The position numbers were made by a program, and so were the translations under genes. Shown one piece after another: positions 26,298 through 34,821 of a stretch of DNA of 52,321 nucleotides (position 1 is the stretch's first letter; the number at the start of each line of letters is the position of its first letter). The notes under the pieces are model-generated. The model was not told the DNA's origin. It worked only from the letters and a program-made list of their open reading frames with translations, and did no database searches. Origin of the DNA: a virus. Lineage: Duplodnaviria; Caudoviricetes. The DNA is taken from the IMG/VR virus record IMGVR_UViG_3300010362_000002, positions 1-52,321 of that record; one strand, 5' to 3'.

Positions 26298-26308
26298 CAA
26301 GGAGACTT

Positions 26309-26629
26309 ATGGAAAGAGCATATAACTTACACGAGAGCGAAGCATTCCGGTCAGAGCAATTGAACCGGCAGCATCAGCAGACGCTGGCTAATATCGGCGC
26401 AGCGACACTCCAACTCGAAGCCGCCAAGGCGCAGCTTCCGCAGATCGAGCAGCAACAACGGCAACTGACGCAGGAGGTGATCCAGCGCTTGGGCATCCAG
26501 GACTTTGTCGGCGCACGGATCGAAGAAGGAAATGTGATCGTGCGTTTTCGCGGCGAAGCTCCAGACCTGGGCGTGGGGCCGCGCGTCGTGCCGCAGCTTC
26601 AGAACGGCAAAGAGAAAACGGCGGAATGA
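26309..26629 (+). CDS. Coiled-coil hypothetical protein (possible fibre chaperone)
   Basis: AAGGAG SD; Gln-rich heptads. Confidence 0.7.
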   Translation: MERAYNLHESEAFRSEQLNRQHQQTLANIGAATLQLEAAKAQLPQIEQQQRQLTQEVIQRLGIQDFVGARIEEGNVIVRFRGEAPDLGVGPRVVPQLQNGKEKTAE

Positions 26630-26718
26630 AGGCGATGCTGGAGGCCATCATCTTTTTGCTCTTAGGTGTGGGTGTTGGAATCGCAATTTCGCACTTGTAT
26701 AGAACCCGTAGGAGGTAA
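26626..26718 (+). CDS. 30-aa single-TM peptide MKAMLEAIIFLLLGVGVGIAISHLYRTRRR (not in ORF track)
   Basis: ATGA overlap with the previous stop; fills the gap to the next gene; basic C-terminus. Confidence 0.6.
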   Translation: MKAMLEAIIFLLLGVGVGIAISHLYRTRRR

Positions 26719-26724
26719 CTAAGC

Positions 26725-29634
26725 ATGGCTGGTCCCTGGCTATCCAGAACGGATTATCAACCGACCGACCGCGTGAAGTCCCAGATGTTCAATAATCTGG
26801 CGCTCGATGACCGGACGTGGGGCGGCGATGTCAACGGCGGCGGCTTCAAATTATCGAACGTGATCCTCGATGGCTCGGGCGGATTCACCAGCCAGCTTTC
26901 GCCGCTCGTGATGACGCCCGGAGCGGACGGGTCCAGCCGCATCGAACTGGATCAAGGCGCGGCTCCCAACAACAAGGCACGCTGGAACGTCGGCAAGGAC
27001 GCGGCTGCGGAGACCGGCGCGAACGCGGGCTCCAACTTCCAGATCGTGCGCTATGCCGACGACGGCACTACCGTGCTCGGCACGCCTTTCGCCGTCAATC
27101 GCGCGACCGGCGTGATCACAATGGGCGCTCAGAAATGGACCGGCGCTGTCGATGGCAACGGACAGACCTTGAGCAATGTCACCATCACCGGCTACGCAAC
27201 CAATCCGATGACGACAAAGGGCGACATCATCATCGGCGGCACCAGCGGCGTGCCTGCCCGGTTGGGTGGCAGCGGCACCGATGGTTGGGTGCTGACTTAC
27301 GATCTGGCCGGTGGCGCTCCTAAGTGGGCCGCTCCTCCCGCGACCGGCGTACCGACTTCGCGGGCCATCAATACTCCTGCCGGTAGTGGGCTTTCAGGTG
27401 GCGGCACCCTCGCGGCAGACCTTACGCTGCAGGGTGTCATCTTCGGAGCTTCCGGCGCACCTCATGCGAAAGGTATGGTGCCCGATCCCGGCGCGACGGC
27501 GGGCGCTACTCGCTTCCTGCGCGAAGATGCGACCTGGGGCGTGCCGACGGGCACCGGTGGCGGCATGAGTAACCCGATGACTGCTGCAGGTGATCTCATC
27601 GTTGGCAGCACAGCCGGTGCGCCGACTAATCTGGCCATCGGCACAAACGGGCAAGTGCTCACCGTCGATACGACAGTCACGCCGATCAAGCTGAAATGGG
27701 CCGCAGGCGCGGGCGGGCTCGATGTGCGCGTCAACTCCACCAGCTACGGCATCGCGAGCATCCTCAACTTGATTGCCGGAACGAACGTCACGCTCGGCGC
27801 ATCCAGCAGCGCGGGCGCGACGAACGTAACCTTCAATGCGGCGGGCGGCGGTGCGGGCAGTCAGACGCCGTGGACTTCCGATATCGACGGGGCGGGATTT
27901 ACGCTGAAGAATGCGGGGAAGATCCTGATTGGCACGAGCACCTTTTCTGTCAGTACCGGACAGATGCAAGTTGCGGGTGGCGCAGTGGAATCGTCTACGC
28001 GATGGACGAATACCGCGTCACCTAGTGGTGTTGCCGTTGGCGTTACTGCCACTAGCAGCAATGCGTTTTTGTGGAACTATGAGAACGGCCCGCTGCACCT
28101 AGCGACTAACAATCTGACTCGCCTGTACATCACGGCGGCGGGGAACGTGGGCATCGGCACAACGAATCCGCAAGGCAGCTTAGATGTTCGAGGCAGCGGC
28201 CCCGCTCAATTTCACGACACTGCAACCGGGCCGGTCTGTTACGTCTCGATAAGCGAATCCAGCACCATTAACAATATTCAATGGTGGAAAGATTCAACAC
28301 CTACGGTAGCGGCGAGTATCGGCCTCAGTTCGCCATCGACCGCCCTTGGCGGCAATATTGTTTTTGCGACGTTCAACGGGTCTGCGTGGACGGATCGCAT
28401 GATCGTGCTCAATAGTAATGGCAACGTGGGCATCGGGACGACGAATCCCCTAAATCTTGTTCAGGTACACGCTGGTACGGATGCCAACGTAGGCATACGT
28501 CTGGACTCCCAAACGGGCAATTCTGTCGGCTTCGGAGCCTACAACGATGCTGGCAGCAATGTTGTGCCGCTAGGCTTCAATGCGAGTAAGTTTATTTTTA
28601 TGAACGGATCGGTGGGCATCGGGACGACGAGCCCAGGCTCACGCTTGGCGGTAATATCAACGGCCAGCATCGACGGCGTGACTATCAGTTCTTTTGATCG
28701 TGCCAGCATCTGGATGAATGTAACAAATACCAGTAACTATAACTGGCTGCTGCAATCCGCTGTCAGTGCAAACAACGACTTTCAGATTCTCGCTTCATCA
28801 GCACCGGGAGGCGCAGCGAGCAACGCTGTCGTGACGTTGCGCAGTACAGGCAGCGTGGGCATCGGGACGACGAGTCCGGCTGACATGCTGGCGCTGGCTC
28901 CGGTAGCGTTTGCCGGGAGTGTGAACGGCGGCATACGGATGCAGAGCACAGGAGGCGAATGGGTCTACCGGCTGGCCATGAAGAGTACATCCGGTGGCAA
29001 TACCTATTTCGCTATTGATAGTGCGATCAACGCATCGGGTGGCGTGACGGAAGCGATCAGAATTGCAGGCGCTACTGTGGCCATTGCGAAGAATGCCATG
29101 CCTGCTTATCCGCTCGATGTGACCGGCGACATCAACTGTACCGGCGCGTTCCGGGTCAACGGCGTGGCGATCGCGGCGGGCGGCATCGTGGTGCAAGCGG
29201 GCGGAACTGCAGTAGGTACCTCTACGCCAAGGCCGATTCTAAATTTCACTTCTGGGGGATCATCCAATCCCGCTTGCACGGAGGACGGGCCGAACAACAG
29301 ATATAACGTCACATTCAACTTCAGTTCAGACGTGCGATTGAAGCGGAATGTGGCGGATCTTCAAGGCGGGCTGTCGGTGATCGAGCAACTTCGACCTGTA
29401 GCGTTCGAATATAACGGCGCGGGCGGATTTGCAGAAGGTAAGCGCTCAGTGGCAATCATCGCGCAGGAACTGCAGCAGGTGATGCCGGATTGCGTGTACT
29501 CCGTGCGGCAGCGGCTGTACCCGGAAGCGGAAGAAACAGACCTGCTCTGCTATGAGCCTACGCACATACTGTTTCACTTAGTACTTGCGGTGAAGCAACT
29601 GCATCGGCAACTTTCAGAACTGAGGAGGAACTAA
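26725..29634 (+). CDS. Tail fibre with GxVGIGT repeats and C-terminal peptidase S74 intramolecular chaperone
   Basis: TTKGD/TAAGDL repeats, four G(N/S)VGIGTT repeats, SSDVRLKRN...LRPV.F.Y...IIAQE. Confidence 0.88.
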   Translation: MAGPWLSRTDYQPTDRVKSQMFNNLALDDRTWGGDVNGGGFKLSNVILDGSGGFTSQLSPLVMTPGADGSSRIELDQGAAPNNKARWNVGKDAAAETGANAGSNFQIVRYADDGTTVLGTPFAVNRATGVITMGAQKWTGAVDGNGQTLSNVTITGYATNPMTTKGDIIIGGTSGVPARLGGSGTDGWVLTYDLAGGAPKWAAPPATGVPTSRAINTPAGSGLSGGGTLAADLTLQGVIFGASGAPHAKGMVPDPGATAGATRFLREDATWGVPTGTGGGMSNPMTAAGDLIVGSTAGAPTNLAIGTNGQVLTVDTTVTPIKLKWAAGAGGLDVRVNSTSYGIASILNLIAGTNVTLGASSSAGATNVTFNAAGGGAGSQTPWTSDIDGAGFTLKNAGKILIGTSTFSVSTGQMQVAGGAVESSTRWTNTASPSGVAVGVTATSSNAFLWNYENGPLHLATNNLTRLYITAAGNVGIGTTNPQGSLDVRGSGPAQFHDTATGPVCYVSISESSTINNIQWWKDSTPTVAASIGLSSPSTALGGNIVFATFNGSAWTDRMIVLNSNGNVGIGTTNPLNLVQVHAGTDANVGIRLDSQTGNSVGFGAYNDAGSNVVPLGFNASKFIFMNGSVGIGTTSPGSRLAVISTASIDGVTISSFDRASIWMNVTNTSNYNWLLQSAVSANNDFQILASSAPGGAASNAVVTLRSTGSVGIGTTSPADMLALAPVAFAGSVNGGIRMQSTGGEWVYRLAMKSTSGGNTYFAIDSAINASGGVTEAIRIAGATVAIAKNAMPAYPLDVTGDINCTGAFRVNGVAIAAGGIVVQAGGTAVGTSTPRPILNFTSGGSSNPACTEDGPNNRYNVTFNFSSDVRLKRNVADLQGGLSVIEQLRPVAFEYNGAGGFAEGKRSVAIIAQELQQVMPDCVYSVRQRLYPEAEETDLLCYEPTHILFHLVLAVKQLHRQLSELRRN
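28147..28873 (+). repeat. Dispersed 19-bp direct repeats GTGGGCATCGGGACGACGA inside the tail fibre gene
   Basis: Exact at 28426, 28612, 28855; variant GTGGGCATCGGcACaACGA at 28147. Confidence 0.9.
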
Positions 29635-29635
29635 T

Positions 29636-29944
29636 ATGACTTACGAAGAATCAGCCGCACTAATGAACGACTTTACTTTTCGCGGGCGAATCAAAGTCGC
29701 CTCAGTGAAGTATTCAGACGCCGTGGGCATCCAAACAACTCCGGTATCGCAACGTGCGGCATTGGTGAAGTGGTCGTTCCGTTGTGCTCAACAGCCGGAT
29801 CAGGTTGCAGCAGAGTTGCAACCTTTTGTCGTCGAGGATGCGGCAATCCAGGACGCGGGCGTGGACGCAGAAGGGAAATCCCTCGCCACCGATACTGCAC
29901 TGCAGGCCGCAGTAGAGGCGACGGTCAATAAGCAAAATTCCTAA
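29636..29944 (+). CDS. Hypothetical protein (possible tail fibre accessory)
   Basis: GAGGAGG SD; coupled to the fibre gene. Confidence 0.7.
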   Translation: MTYEESAALMNDFTFRGRIKVASVKYSDAVGIQTTPVSQRAALVKWSFRCAQQPDQVAAELQPFVVEDAAIQDAGVDAEGKSLATDTALQAAVEATVNKQNS

Positions 29945-29946
29945 TT

Positions 29947-30354
29947 ATGAGCGCCACACTACTGCTCGCCAAATATCCGCAGCAAGCGCACGTGCGCGAG
30001 CGCAATCTGGTCGCGCTGCTCTCGTGGGCAGCGGCTAGGACCAAGGAGGCCGCGCCGACCGCAGACACGCCCGACGCGGCGATCCGCCTCCGCATCTTCG
30101 CCGAGCGGATTCTCTCCCAAGTGGATCTCTACGTTCAGCGCACGATGGCCTACTGCTTACAGGACCAGCGGACGCTGAATAATATTCGGCAGTACTTGAA
30201 TCCGTTCAACGACGACGCGACCGAGGATTCGCTGGCCGTTGAATTAGCGGCGATCATCTCAGACTTTGCGCCAGCGCTCGCGGAGATCGAAGTGCCGGAT
30301 GCGCAGGTGGCTGCATGGAAAACCGACAGGGGCCTCACGCAGCCGCCCGCCTGA
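29947..30354 (+). CDS. Hypothetical protein, last late gene
   Basis: Tight spacing, phage-like codon usage. Confidence 0.7.
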   Translation: MSATLLLAKYPQQAHVRERNLVALLSWAAARTKEAAPTADTPDAAIRLRIFAERILSQVDLYVQRTMAYCLQDQRTLNNIRQYLNPFNDDATEDSLAVELAAIISDFAPALAEIEVPDAQVAAWKTDRGLTQPPA

Positions 30355-30373
30355 TCCGGTAAAACACTACAAA

Positions 30374-30694
30374 TCATTTCGCGTAGTAATAGCGCTCGAC
30401 CGTCCCCACGAACTTCTTCATCGTCACCCGGAGGTGAGGACATATGCTTTTCAGCGTCTCCAAGGTGGGGTTTGCGGTGCCGCATTCCATCCCCGACATG
30501 AAGGATCGGTCGAGTCCCGCGCGGCGAGCTAACTCTTCCTGACTGATCCCCCGTTTGCGTCTCAGTTCCGACAAGGCCAGACCGACGGCCTTGCGGAACT
30601 TCTCATCCCGCTCTGTCGCTATCTGCTTGCCCTCCATCGATACCGTTTCGGCCATGCCCGTTTTCATGACATTTATAGGCTCTGATGTAGCCAC
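30374..30694 (-). CDS. XRE-family HTH regulator, probable repressor (start uncertain)
   Basis: LSELRRKRGISQEELARRAGLDRSFMSGMECGTANPTLETL; divergent from the early operon. Confidence 0.88.
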   Translation of the reverse strand: MATSEPINVMKTGMAETVSMEGKQIATERDEKFRKAVGLALSELRRKRGISQEELARRAGLDRSFMSGMECGTANPTLETLKSICPHLRVTMKKFVGTVERYYYAK

Positions 30695-31121
30695 TCTAAC
30701 ATTGATTTAACACTATGTTTTAGTATGTGGTCCAGTATCGTTCGGGGACAGTCTGAATGATAGTGCCGCTTACAGTCTTCTACAAGTGATCTTTAATGTA
30801 TTCCGACTATCGTCCAGCCATTCAAAAATGCGTAAGTTTCATAGTGTTTCATGTTGTGTATATGCAATCCCCACGCATGGGTTGAAACTAGCGTAAAAAA
30901 TATCTTCTATACACAACAGAAAATATCTGAATTGCTATGTAGATTACAGCATGCCCTTGTCCGCGTATCCCGTTGAAAAAAAGTTGCTTGTTTATCTTGA
31001 CAAGCTCCCGTAACAGGACTAACATCGCTTTCATTCCTGGGTCGTTTTCGATTCGCTTTCGTAGTTGCAGAAAACGGCCCCAGGTAATGGCAGTTTTAGC
31101 TAGCAGCGGAGTACGCAAATC
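30695..31121. promoter_or_regulatory. AT-rich immunity/switch region with rightward sigma70 promoter
   Basis: TTGACA(30997)-17 bp-TAACAT(31020); ATGTTGTGTATA (30851) and inverted TATACACAACA (30908). Confidence 0.7.
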
Positions 31122-31439
31122 ATGAACGACGATAAGCTGATTCCGGTCTCCCTCCAACTCACGCGGCGCAATCTGGCCCTAATCGATGACGAATGTCAGG
31201 CATTAGCCCAGAAGCAATACGGCCTGCCCTATAGCCGCAGGCGATTTGTAAACGATCTGATTTCAAAGGCCTGCCCCTCGAAGGAGCGCAAGGAGTTCGT
31301 CGCGGGCTTCGAGGAGGCGGGCGAGCCGGTGCCGCCCATCAAGCGGCGCGGCGGCAGCAAGCCCATGCAGCGGGCCAAACACGTCGGTGGTCGTCCGAGA
31401 AAGAAAGCCAACGGGTCGGCGGCGGCTGCCGCCAACTAA
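31122..31439 (+). CDS. Ribbon-helix-helix-like regulator in Cro position
   Basis: IPVSLQL-TRRNLALIDDEC...SRRRFVNDLI; GGAG SD; first gene after the promoter. Confidence 0.6.
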   Translation: MNDDKLIPVSLQLTRRNLALIDDECQALAQKQYGLPYSRRRFVNDLISKACPSKERKEFVAGFEEAGEPVPPIKRRGGSKPMQRAKHVGGRPRKKANGSAAAAAN

Positions 31440-31470
31440 ATTCCCACTAGGTTGACGAGGTAAAAATGCG

Positions 31471-31665
31471 ATGTCCAGCACAGAGGGTACGTGTGTGTCC
31501 AGAAACCCGGTCGAGTTGGCGGTGCGCTCTTTTGCCACCGGAGGCGGTTGGCGCTGCGATAGCTGCCACACCTTCCCCGGCACCCGCTTGTTCGATAGCT
31601 TGTGGCTCTGCGTCGTCTGCTACTTCCGCTACCGCGAGCACCCGGAAATGGAGCGCTGGCGATGA
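31471..31665 (+). CDS. Small Cys-containing hypothetical protein
   Basis: CDSC...CVVC; ATGA-coupled to the exonuclease. Confidence 0.5.
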   Translation: MSSTEGTCVSRNPVELAVRSFATGGGWRCDSCHTFPGTRLFDSLWLCVVCYFRYREHPEMERWR

Positions 31666-32651
31666 TTGACCATGCCATTCGGGACACCGGCCTGGGCGGA
31701 TCGGAGATCGGCGCTCTGTTTAACGCGCATCCCTTTCTCGATGAGTTTTCGGTCGCCATGCGCAAGCGCTCGACCGAGCGGATCTACCGCCCCGGCCCGA
31801 ACGACCGGCAGCGCTTCGGCAAGGCCATCGAGCCGACCACCATCGCGCTCTACGAGTACATGACCGGCAAGCGTGTCGAGCGCTGCGATAATACCCGGCG
31901 GCATCCCGAACGCCCCTGGCAGATCGCCACGCCCGACGCCTTCCGCGCCGGTGAGAAGCGCGGAATCGAACTCAAGTGCTGCTTCCCCGATCAGCGCGGT
32001 AACTGGGGCCACACCATCGACGAAGCGCCTGAATACGCGGTGATGCAGTGTTGGTGGTACGAGAGCATCTTCGACATGGACGTGTGGGAACTCGTGGTGA
32101 TGATCCTCGGCGAACCCCTGCCGCGCATCATCGAAGTGCATCGCGACCTGGAGCGCGAGCGCGTGATGATCGACTACGCCGCGCAATGGTGGCGCAAGTT
32201 CGGCCCCGAGGGCCGTGAGCTTCCGCCAATCTCGGGATCGCAGGCGAGCGCCGAATGGCTCAAGCGGATGTTCCCGAGGAACAAATACGCGATCCGCCGC
32301 GCGGAGGATGCCGAGGTCGAGAAGCTCGAAGCCTACACCCAGGTGCGCATCGAAGAAACCCGCGTGGCCGCCAGGAAGGCGCTGCTCGAAAACGAAATCA
32401 AGTTGGCCATCCGCGACGACGACGGGCTCTTCTGGGAGGGCGGCAAGTTTACTTACAAGCGGATCAGAGATAGCAAGAAGACCGACTGGAAGGCGCTCGC
32501 CGAGATGCTCATGTTCACCATGCCGACCGAGGAGCGCGAGGCCAAGACCGCCGCGTTCACCGTGCCGGTCGAAGGCTACCGGCGCGTCCACTTCACGGCG
32601 GATGCGTTCGCCGAGGCGAAGGCGGAACTGAAGGACCAGGAGGCCGCATGA
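31662..32651 (+). CDS. YqaJ / lambda-exonuclease family recombination nuclease
   Basis: GLGGSEIGAL, FGKAIEP, ATPD, GIELKC, QCWWY. Confidence 0.88.
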   Translation: MIDHAIRDTGLGGSEIGALFNAHPFLDEFSVAMRKRSTERIYRPGPNDRQRFGKAIEPTTIALYEYMTGKRVERCDNTRRHPERPWQIATPDAFRAGEKRGIELKCCFPDQRGNWGHTIDEAPEYAVMQCWWYESIFDMDVWELVVMILGEPLPRIIEVHRDLERERVMIDYAAQWWRKFGPEGRELPPISGSQASAEWLKRMFPRNKYAIRRAEDAEVEKLEAYTQVRIEETRVAARKALLENEIKLAIRDDDGLFWEGGKFTYKRIRDSKKTDWKALAEMLMFTMPTEEREAKTAAFTVPVEGYRRVHFTADAFAEAKAELKDQEAA

Positions 32652-32923
32652 CCGAAGCTTTGATCCAGGATCTCGCTGGTGCGATGAATCGCATCGCGAA
32701 GTTGATGGACGAGGCCAAAGCCGCGCAGAAGCGCATGTTCTTCCTACTCGCGCAGGTCGGCGAACAGAGCATCTGCCGGGGGCCGAACTGCAAGGCCGCC
32801 GTGGTGCTGGTCCGCCACCGGAACGGCGCGATGGGGATCTACGAACCCGACGGCACCTACCATTTCGGAACGTGCCCAGACCGTGAATTGTTTAGGAGGA
32901 GCAAAGCCCATGGCAACAAATGA
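32648..32923 (+). CDS. Small Zn-binding hypothetical protein
   Basis: CRGPNC...HFGTCP; coupled on both sides. Confidence 0.65.
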   Translation: MTEALIQDLAGAMNRIAKLMDEAKAAQKRMFFLLAQVGEQSICRGPNCKAAVVLVRHRNGAMGIYEPDGTYHFGTCPDRELFRRSKAHGNK

Positions 32924-33917
32924 AGAGATCGCACGCCGCGCGGAGACCGGCAAAGTGGCCGTGCGACAGGATCTCGGCGAAGAGATCCAGGTCGGCAGCG
33001 AGACTGCCGTGGCGGCTGCGGCTGCGGCAGCGGCGAAGGCCGAAATCGAGGCCAAGATCCTGCAGGCCAAGAAGTGGCCGCGCGATATTGATGTCTTCCG
33101 CGAGAACATCCTCAAGGACTGCCGCCGACCGGGGTTCGCGGAAAGCGCATGGTATCGCAAGCCGGTGGGCCGCAAAAAGAACCCGACCACTGGGGAATGG
33201 GAGCAGGCCTACGCCGAGAATTTCTCCGTGCGCTTCATCGAGGCGGCCCTGGTGCATTTCCAGAATGTGCATATCGTGGCGCGTATCATCCGCGAAGATG
33301 TTCACTCCACCCAACTCGCGGTCGGTGTCGGCGATGTGCAGAACAACGTCTCCTACCTGATCGAGTCCACCATCGAGAAACTGGTTGAGCGGAAGGAAAT
33401 GAAGGCGGGCCGCACAGTGATCGGCACGCGTGAAAACTCCTACGGCGATACGGTGTTTCTGCTCCCGGCGACAAAGGACGAAGCCCGGAATTTGATCGGT
33501 GCCGAGCGCTCGAAGCTAATCCGCGATCAGGGCCAACGGCTGTTACCGAGCGACATACTGGCCGAAGCGCGTGCGCTGATCCTGCAGACCAACCAGAGCG
33601 AAACAGCGAAAGACCCGGATCTCGCGAAAAAGAAGGTGCTCGATAAGTTCGCCGGTCTCGGCATCTCGGCGGCGATGCTCAAAGAATATTTGGGGAAGCC
33701 GTTGGAGCAACTCACGGTCAAGGATCTCGAAGATCTCACGCCGGTCTACCAGGGCCTCAAGGATGGTGAGTTCACCTGGGCGCAACTTATCAAGGTCAAC
33801 GAAGAGCCAGCCGAAGGAGCGCCACCGGAACAGCCGAAGAAAAAATCGTCGGCGCACGAAAAGGTGATGGCGAAGCAGGGCTTACTCGTGGAGGAGCAGG
33901 AAAAACCACAGAAATAA
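32910..33917 (+). CDS. Probable single-strand annealing protein partnering YqaJ
   Basis: AGGAGG SD; AKKWPRD, SVRFIEAA; function inferred from position next to the exonuclease. Confidence 0.5.
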   Translation: MATNEEIARRAETGKVAVRQDLGEEIQVGSETAVAAAAAAAAKAEIEAKILQAKKWPRDIDVFRENILKDCRRPGFAESAWYRKPVGRKKNPTTGEWEQAYAENFSVRFIEAALVHFQNVHIVARIIREDVHSTQLAVGVGDVQNNVSYLIESTIEKLVERKEMKAGRTVIGTRENSYGDTVFLLPATKDEARNLIGAERSKLIRDQGQRLLPSDILAEARALILQTNQSETAKDPDLAKKKVLDKFAGLGISAAMLKEYLGKPLEQLTVKDLEDLTPVYQGLKDGEFTWAQLIKVNEEPAEGAPPEQPKKKSSAHEKVMAKQGLLVEEQEKPQK

Positions 33918-33936
33918 ACAAGCGGGCAGGTGCAGG

Positions 33937-34821
33937 ATGGACACAACAGCTACAACCACAGCGCTAGCAATTCACCCGGCGGCGGAACTCTTCCCCATGA
34001 TGGGCGGGGCGGATTTAAATCTGCTTGCCGACGATATTAAACAGCACGGCCTGATCGAGCCAATCCTGCTTTACGAGGGCAAGATCATCGATGGCCGCAA
34101 TCGGTTGGAAGCCTGTAGGCTCGCCGGTAAAGATCCGCGATTCGACGATGCGCCGGTAAACGGATCTCCCGCGCTCTTCGTGATCTCCAAGAATCTTCAC
34201 CGGCGGCATCTGACCACATCGCAGCGGGCAGCTATTGGAGCCAGTCTGATGCCGATGTTAAGGAAAGAGGCGAAGGAGCGCCAGCAACGAGCGGGCAGGG
34301 AGCGGCACGGCGACCACCAAAAACAGCTTCAGGCATTCCTGCCTGAAGCTAAGGGAACGAGGATTAAGGGGCAAGCCCGCGACATGGCCGGTCAGGCGGT
34401 ACAGGTCGGCGGTAGAACGATCTCCGAAGCCGTGACCGTAAAGAACCGCGACCCGGAGGAGTTTAATCGGGTCCTGCGCGGTGAAACTACCGTGGGCAAA
34501 GCGTATGAAAAGGTCACTGGCCGTGAAAAGCATCCCGTAAAGATTACGGCTGCAAAAGCGACGGGCATCGTCCCCAAATCGCCCACGCAGAAGGCGTTCA
34601 CCTCTGAATACTGGATGAACCGGCGCGGAAACGCCGCCAAGCGCACCATGATCGATGTTCTCTCCCGTGTGCGCGGGCTCTGCCGGGGCGTCGCCGAACT
34701 CGATGTGCAATTGATTGCACCCATGCTCACCAAAGAGGAGAAGCAGACCTGGATCGCCATCAGCCGCGAGACCTCGAAGGAACTGCGGATCTTGGCAAAT
34801 CGCTTGAGGGTGACTATATGA
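33937..34821 (+). CDS. ParB N-terminal-domain protein
   Basis: IHPAAELFP, LADDIKQHGLIEPI, IIDGRNRLEAC, NLHRRHLT.SQRA, HTH-like segment. Confidence 0.85.
   Translation: MDTTATTTALAIHPAAELFPMMGGADLNLLADDIKQHGLIEPILLYEGKIIDGRNRLEACRLAGKDPRFDDAPVNGSPALFVISKNLHRRHLTTSQRAAIGASLMPMLRKEAKERQQRAGRERHGDHQKQLQAFLPEAKGTRIKGQARDMAGQAVQVGGRTISEAVTVKNRDPEEFNRVLRGETTVGKAYEKVTGREKHPVKITAAKATGIVPKSPTQKAFTSEYWMNRRGNAAKRTMIDVLSRVRGLCRGVAELDVQLIAPMLTKEEKQTWIAISRETSKELRILANRLRVTI

Noticed and set aside
3603-26300. Long alternative-frame and antisense ORFs (e.g. 3603-5261, 12128-13933, most of 16443-18947, 19154-21241, 24678-26300)
   Set aside because: Arg/Ala/Gly-rich shadow ORFs expected from high GC3; they overlap well-supported structural genes.
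28141-28880. Invertase-type shufflon
   Set aside because: All repeats are direct and in frame; there are no inverted silent cassettes and no adjacent invertase.
25800-29634. Diversity-generating retroelement acting on the fibres
   Set aside because: No reverse transcriptase motif and no TR/VR pair differing at adenines was seen.
30888-31157. Minus-strand 89-aa ORF in the switch region
   Set aside because: Overlaps the rightward promoter and the start of 31122 and has no motif; not supported, though not excluded.
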